Positions 57,740-64,000 of a stretch of DNA of 64,000 nucleotides are shown one piece after another. Position numbers and translations under genes: made by a program. The DNA comes from Eledone cirrhosa. Taxonomy: Eukaryota. Location: positions 207,824,001 to 207,888,000 of the forward strand of contig OZ024741.1 in assembly GCA_964016885.1 (NCBI GenBank). The letters run 5' to 3'. Positions within the stretch are counted from its first letter, which is position 1. Each line of letters starts with the position of its first letter. The notes under the pieces are model-generated. The model saw only the letters and a program-made list of their open reading frames with translations. It was not told where the DNA came from and did not search any database.

Positions 57740-59471
57740 TTCGAAGGCTATTTCTGGACTAAATTAGATAAATAGCCGAACTTTTCAAGGGCTAACTCCA
57801 TATATGGGAAGATTCTAGTTGTCAAAAGGATTGGTAAAAATTTCTTGTAAACACAATTAAATCTTTCATGGCGGTGGGTGGGGGTGGCTGAACTTGCCTG
57901 TAGAACAATGAGGGAGAGGGTGGAGCCATCAAGCGTTGAAAGTGAATTCTATACAGCAAATTCTAAGGAGTGTGGTTAGCTAGAAAGCAGGCGAAAAAAG
58001 AATTCAGGAGGAATCTGAGAGTGGGAAGTTATAAAATTAAAAAATTAATAAATTTAATTAAAAAATTATTAAATAATTGTTTCTACTTTAGGCACAAGGC
58101 CAGCAATTATCCAGTGCATTACTGGTACTTTATTTTATCGACCCCAAAAACCTAGAGTCTAAAACAGCTGCTATAATTTTAGGTGGTATTGCGTTTTCGG
58201 CCAATGCTATATAGAATTTACTGAGGTGGGGGTACTGAGGCTACAAAAGCCCGGTGGGCTGTATCAGGGTAAGCGAAAGAGGAAAAAAGAAAAGGAATAG
58301 GAGGGGTAGTGGAAGGAATTGAGAAGAAGAGATAAAGGGAAAGAAGAAAATAAGTACAGCTACCTATGTATGCTGGGGTTTCCCCTATCTTGTTCGGCAA
58401 GTGGGGAAAAGAAAGATGTTACAGCCATTTTCTACCCACCCGGGTCATGAGGGGGTTTGAGGGCGAGGTGAGTCCTATGGAATCGGTGTTTACATGCGGT
58501 TACAAGTTCGTCTTTTCTGTTTAGGAGTTGGTCCTTCGTAAACAGCATTTGTATCGTTTCCTCCGAGCATAAGTTACACGGACGGCGTCTTCCCGTGTAG
58601 GAGTTAACCCTGGAAAGTAAGATCCAAGTAAGATGGTATGTGATGTTATTATCGGGTCGGGTTTCTAAACGTATGTCGATGTTAAAGTCACAAGCGGTTA
58701 ATCCTCTATAGGCTCTGTTGGAGTTTTCCGCCCTTACGTTGCATTGGTAGATTACGTTACGTTCTTGGTATCTGTTGTTGAGGGGGCACGTAGATCTATC
58801 AGGGCAGTTATACCTCCTGGTCGGCTCTAATGTTTAGGTTGTTTCTTCCATAGGAGTTGAGTTTTTTGTTTTTGAGGAGGCGATGTTTTGTGCGAAGTTG
58901 GGTGTAGTGCTGTAGGAGAGTTTGATAATGTTTTTGTTGATTATGTTGTGGTAGCGGTGTTGTGGTGGGAAGTGTTTTTCGAGGAGCCTAAAGAAGATTT
59001 TCCCGATTGGTGTTGCAACCTCGTCATTGTGGGGAGGGTTGAACCACGTTACGTGGCGTGAGTGGCGGCGTCGACTGCTGGTTCTAGTTAGCCTAATTTC
59101 ATCCATACTCCTTAGAATTTGTTATATAGAATTAATTTTCAACGCTTGACCGGCTCCACCCACTCCCTCATTGTTCTACAGGCAAGTTCACCCACCTCAT
59201 CCCCACCCATTGCCATGAAAGATTTAATTGTGTTTACAAGAAATGTTGACCAATCCTTTTGACAACTACAATCTTCCCGTATATGGAATTACCCCTTGAA
59301 AAGTTCGGCTATTTATTACCACGCTAAAAATCTAATTTAGTCCAGAAATAGCCGTCGAAACGGCTTGAGCTCTGCCGTCGTGGTCTTGAACATTTTCCTA
59401 TTACCCACTCTACTACCCTAAGGACTATGGTGCGTTATGGTCCACATGGTTCCTTACGACACTTTCTTCGT

Positions 59472-59472
<1 letters not shown>
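57740..59472 (-). mobile_element. Family F PLE, 5'-truncated (linker + GIY-YIG 58440-59100) with inverted pLTR 59105-59472
   Basis: RRRHSRHVTWFNPPHNDEVATPIGKIFF..IKLSYSTTPN. 59105-59360 is the reverse complement of 57740-57972. Confidence 0.87.
59291..59384 (+). ncRNA. Family F hammerhead with U3-A8 core
   Basis: acccc-TTGAAAA-gttcggctattt...aaatagccgtc-GAAA-cggc ttgagctct gccg-TC-gtggt. Confidence 0.75.
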
Positions 59473-59504
<32 letters not shown>

Positions 59505-59505
<1 letters not shown>

Positions 59506-59622
59506 GTAATAATAATAAATTTGAAGACTAAAATCCAAAGAGGGCTCGATAAGGATAAATATATATAAAAAATATAAGAAAGCAGCGATTCTTTGCTTAA
59601 ACTTTAATCTGTTATTTTAATA
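59505..59622. mobile_element. Tiny fold-back remnant of the Penelope 1 pLTR
   Basis: 59505-59580 matches 3533-3609; 59579-59622 matches 14609-14652 (opposite sense). TA flanks. Confidence 0.8.
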
Positions 59623-60897
59623 TATACATATATATATATATTGGTATTTTCTCACCCTTGTCAATCTCTCCATCATAAAAGCAACAAACCAGTGATAAGA
59701 CTGCTGGAAACCAAGCGCCAATGACGCAATAATTTAGAAAATATTTAAAAAATAAAAACTGAAACTATAACTAAGACCGTCACCAATACTATCTCTACTT
59801 CCACCACTAACAGCAAATCTACCAACACTAACACTATTCCCACTACTACTACCACATCTACAACTCTCTTCACTACGCCTACCATTACTATTCTTACCAG
59901 TAACACCACCACTAGCATCACCTATACTACCACCACCAGCCCCACCAATTCTACCACCACTAACATCACCTATACCACCACCACCACCAATTCTACCACC
60001 ACTAGCATCACTGCCACCATCAACACCACTACTACAACCTCCCACTACCACCACTACACCCTTACGACTAAACTCCACTACCACCACTACTACCCTTCAA
60101 TACCACCACCTACTACCTGTCTACATTATCCCGCCTTGAAGAATATTTATTAGAATGGACAGCAGCGTTTACTATTTGCATCAGTGGGCAATTGAATATG
60201 TATCAGTGGTAGGGAGAGGGGGGGGGGAGCATTTTACACGACAATATGTAACATCACCACCAACATCATCTTCAATGCCTCCTTTATCATCGTTATTGTT
60301 GTTGTTTTTACCGTGTCTTTAGGAAATATATTACAGTTTAGTAATAATGAAATAAGAATTACAGGAGCCACGTGAATAAAACACACCGTCATACACACAC
60401 TCAGACATATACACACTGACACATAACTAACATACACATACATACACAGGCACATATACATGCACTGGCACACACTAACATAACATACAGTAGCAAGCAT
60501 AAACGCACACATACACACACAATGACAATCATACAGAGAAACACACAAATCATCAACATTCTTTTCATCAACATCATCATCCTTATCATTGCCACCACCA
60601 TCATCATCATTGCTATCCTCTTCAACATCAGTAACAGCAGAACTATCTATCATTACTAACATCACCATCCCTTCCATCAAATTCATCATCATCGACTTCA
60701 TCACCATTGTCTTCATCATCATCGTCAGTTGTAGACTTTTATTCTGAAAAGACATTTCACGCCGAGTTCGATGTCAAGATAAGTTCTGTTTTTCGTAAAA
60801 TTATATGAACATTTTCAGTTAAACATAAATTGCACCATTTTGATCCGTTGATGAATGATGTCGATATTTCCAAAATATACTATGTGATTTTACTTGT

Positions 60898-61167
60898 GTT
60901 GGCAGTATCGGTAGAGAGTCGGACGCCATACTTTGACGCATAGAGTTACGGCCCTGGCCATTCTGAGTTCAAATCCCGCCGAGGTTAACTTTGCCTTTCA
61001 TCCTTTCGGAGTCGATAAAATAAAGTACCAGTAATGTACTGGGTAATTGCTGGCCTTGTGCCAAAAGTATAAACAATTATTATGTACTGGGGTCGATTTG
61101 ATCGACATTCCCTCCCGTTAAAATTGCTGGCCATGTGCCTAAAGTAGAAACAAGCATTATTATTATT
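60898..61167 (+). mobile_element. tRNA-derived SINE with duplicated 3' portion and (ATT)n tail
   Basis: Family of 33528-33720. Confidence 0.85.
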
Positions 61168-64000
61168 GTTCCTTCGCTCAGCTTCTAACGCTGGAGTTGT
61201 ATTACCAATGAACTGAGGTAAGATCCCATATTTTTCGAGTACCTTCCGGATTATTCGAGCTGTTCCAAGCAATGCTCTCTTTTGTAAGTGTTCCAACCGT
61301 ATTGCAATCGCAATCTTAACTCTAATAAAGAAAGGAGTGCGGGACTGCGTACAGAATATATATTTTTTATCCGGTTTGTAAAATAAGTTGTATTACTTTG
61401 AATATATAATTGTTTCTACTTTTGGCACAAGGCCAGCAATTATCCCAATGTATTACAGGTATTTTATTTTATCGACCTCGTAAGGATGAAAGGCAAAGTT
61501 AACCTCGGCGGGATTTGAAAACTCAATATTACTTTGAATAAATAATAAATGAATATTACATAATTTATCTACTAAATTTCGTAATTCTTGATTAAATATA
61601 AATAATTTTGTTGCTTATTTTAAGATTCACTTCTTTATAATTTTCAAATGTCAACACTTCCCGTTAGCGATCGCTTATATAAACATTCATATATTTCCGT
61701 CACTAATTTTCTCCTAATGCAGTTTATATATAATATCGTCTTTTTTTAATGTATCATGGATTACTTTACTGATTACATAAGAGAGTGTAACTCAGACTTC
61801 GTTCAATTTCTGTACATATTGTCAATTACGATTTCATTTGATTTATCATATCTATATGTACATATATTTGCGTATAATATCAATATGCACAATACACATG
61901 CTAGCAGAAAACCACTCGAAGGGTGGTTTTTCTGCTAGATTGTTTAATGTACTTCTCACAATCTTTACTCATTATTCCCAAGACTCCAACTATTATTGGT
62001 ATTACCACCACCTTTTTCAGTGATCAAAATTGCCTAACCGTCATATCTATCCTTTTTTCCTTCTTTATCACATACTGTGTTATCACTTGGACAAACAATA
62101 CCTATGATCCAACACTCTTTGCTTTCTTTCTCAATTAATACAATGTCTGGTCTCCTATGCTCAATACCATGGTCACACTGTATCAAAAAGTCCCACAAGA
62201 TATTTGCATCAATATTTTCGAAAACACCCTCAGTGTTCGTACCATTTTGCTGCTGTCAAGTACATATTTGCCACAAAGTGCCCAATGGCCTATCTTTGGT
62301 ATGTTGTCGTGACGTCTCTTATATTCTCTTTGAGCTAGTGGTGCGCATTGACAGGTAATATGTAATACAGTTTATCCATTCATGCTACAAATTTTACACA
62401 TCACTTTCTGCAGTGTGGTTTATCCTTGCTTGATGTAGCTAGTTCTTAGTACTTGTTATTTACCAGCACAGATTAAGGCTTCGGTTTCCGGTTTTAGATC
62501 AATTTTAGCCATCCATAACCACCTTTTTGTGTCTGTCTGTCCTAACTTCAACATCTCTATAGAATTGTCCATACATTCTTTTTTTCTATTCTTCTACTTT
62601 CAGTTTCATCCATCTTCAAATGCTTGCACTGTTTTTTGGGGGTTTTTTCCTATGCAATCTTCTATTTTGCACAGCCTTAACCTTCTTACTTCCAGCAACA
62701 GCGGTTCTCTAGAATTTGTTATGTAACATGCCATATTATATTTCTTCTATTCTAATGCTGTCATCTCACCCCATCAGTCCTCTTCTTCCTCTTTTTCTTG
62801 GTATATATAATCTGTCTGTGTTGCTCTTTGGGTGAAACATCACATATCTAGTCAATATCTTTCTTGTCTTTCGATATAAACTGTTTAGCTCTTCCACAGT
62901 CCACATGATCACTTCTGTCCCATATCTAAGGAGTGGTACGTCCATTCAGTTTCGATTTAAGAATAATTCTCAGTTTTCACATGTATTCCACTTTAATGTT
63001 TTCTTTCATTTCCTCCTGTATTATCTTATCAACTTCCTTATAACCTCCCCTCTTCTATTTGCTTCATAACCTTTCTTGATGGTAGCACAAACCCCTCAAT
63101 GTTTTTAATCTTTAAATCCGAGCTCCATTCTGATGTCAGCACTAAATGTATATACCGTATCAACGAGAGAACCAAGCTGGGATTCATTTATACCATAATG
63201 TTTGAGGTCGTTCATGAATAATAAGTGGTTGATTTTTTTGCTGGTGACGTTTGAATTCATACTCAGCCTCAACTTTTCTCAATATCATTGCCAGTGGTAT
63301 CATGCACAGCACAAACATCAGTGGTGACAGGCAGTCTCCTTGGACTATACCTTTCTTGATTTCTATCGTTCCCAAATCTCTTCCAAAAGCTATCATTTCA
63401 GTCTTTCACTCTCTCCTACTTTTCCTTAAGAATCGTTCAATATTTGATAAGTTACCACATTCCATATTTCAAGAGTGCGGAATCATGTCATAGGCTTTGC
63501 GATAATCGATCCACGCCATGGTCAAGTTGGTTTTCCTCCCCTTGCTATCTTTAAGCATAGTTTTATCTAACAAAAGCTGGCACTTACGCTTGCACCCTTT
63601 CTGCTCATCTGGCAAAACTCCATTTCCTTCAAGATGCCCGTACATTGATTCTGCAATTAATCCAGTCAATAATTTCCACATAAGTGATAAGCATGTTATC
63701 GGTCTGTAGTTGTCTACCGCGTTCTCTTTAGTGATATCTTTTTAAGTACAAAACTGTCCTCTTCTTTGTTAGCCACTCCAGTATCAATTGATCAGCATTT
63801 AGCATGTGTTTAGGTGTTCAGTTATTCGTTCATGGCATTTATTAAATCTTTTGATCCAGTAGTCTTGAATTCCCTCTAGTCCCAGAGAGTTCCAGTTGCT
63901 CATCTTTTTTCTGGTTTCCTTCATGTCCCTAGCTGAAATGACTAGTTCTGCCTGTCGTGGACAAACTCTCGTTTGTTTAAGTTCTTCTTGTGCTCCTTCT
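61168..64000 (-). mobile_element. R4/Dong-like non-LTR retrotransposon (RT + restriction-like endonuclease), pseudogene, interrupted at ~61318-62030, runs off the window
   Basis: [82 protein letters not shown]-terminal LQKRALLGTARIIRKVL. 3' end abuts (AAT)n. Confidence 0.85.

Noticed and set aside
58834-59106. Stand-alone RT-less endonuclease gene starting MDEIRL
   Set aside because: The ATG lies at the inversion junction of a 5'-truncated PLE, and the downstream frame is broken.

Overview
Eukaryotic, AT-rich, microsatellite-dense DNA with no host gene I can support. The repeat content suggests a mollusc such as Octopus, but that is inference. The window is mostly mobile DNA: two nearly full-length, decayed Penelope-like retroelements (PLEs; RT + GIY-YIG, Naiad-like), several PLE fragments, tRNA-derived SINEs, an internally deleted mariner, a Helitron-type end, and an R4/Dong-like LINE. 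The main structure not shown by the ORF track is about a dozen families of type I hammerhead ribozymes (HHRs), over 30 motif copies found by eye, most with a family-specific palindromic stem III. Two ~3.7-kb inserts are inverted tandem arrays of non-coding HHR monomers (310 bp x ~12; 591 bp x ~6), the second with a compensatory U3-A8 catalytic core. Most PLE/HHR insertions share one layout: two arms joined 5'-to-5' with both 3' ends running into (TA)n. This suggests PLE-driven twin-primed, partly rolling-circle retrotransposition of retrozyme-like RNAs into TA microsatellites (inference). Coordinates were read by eye and may be off by a few bases.
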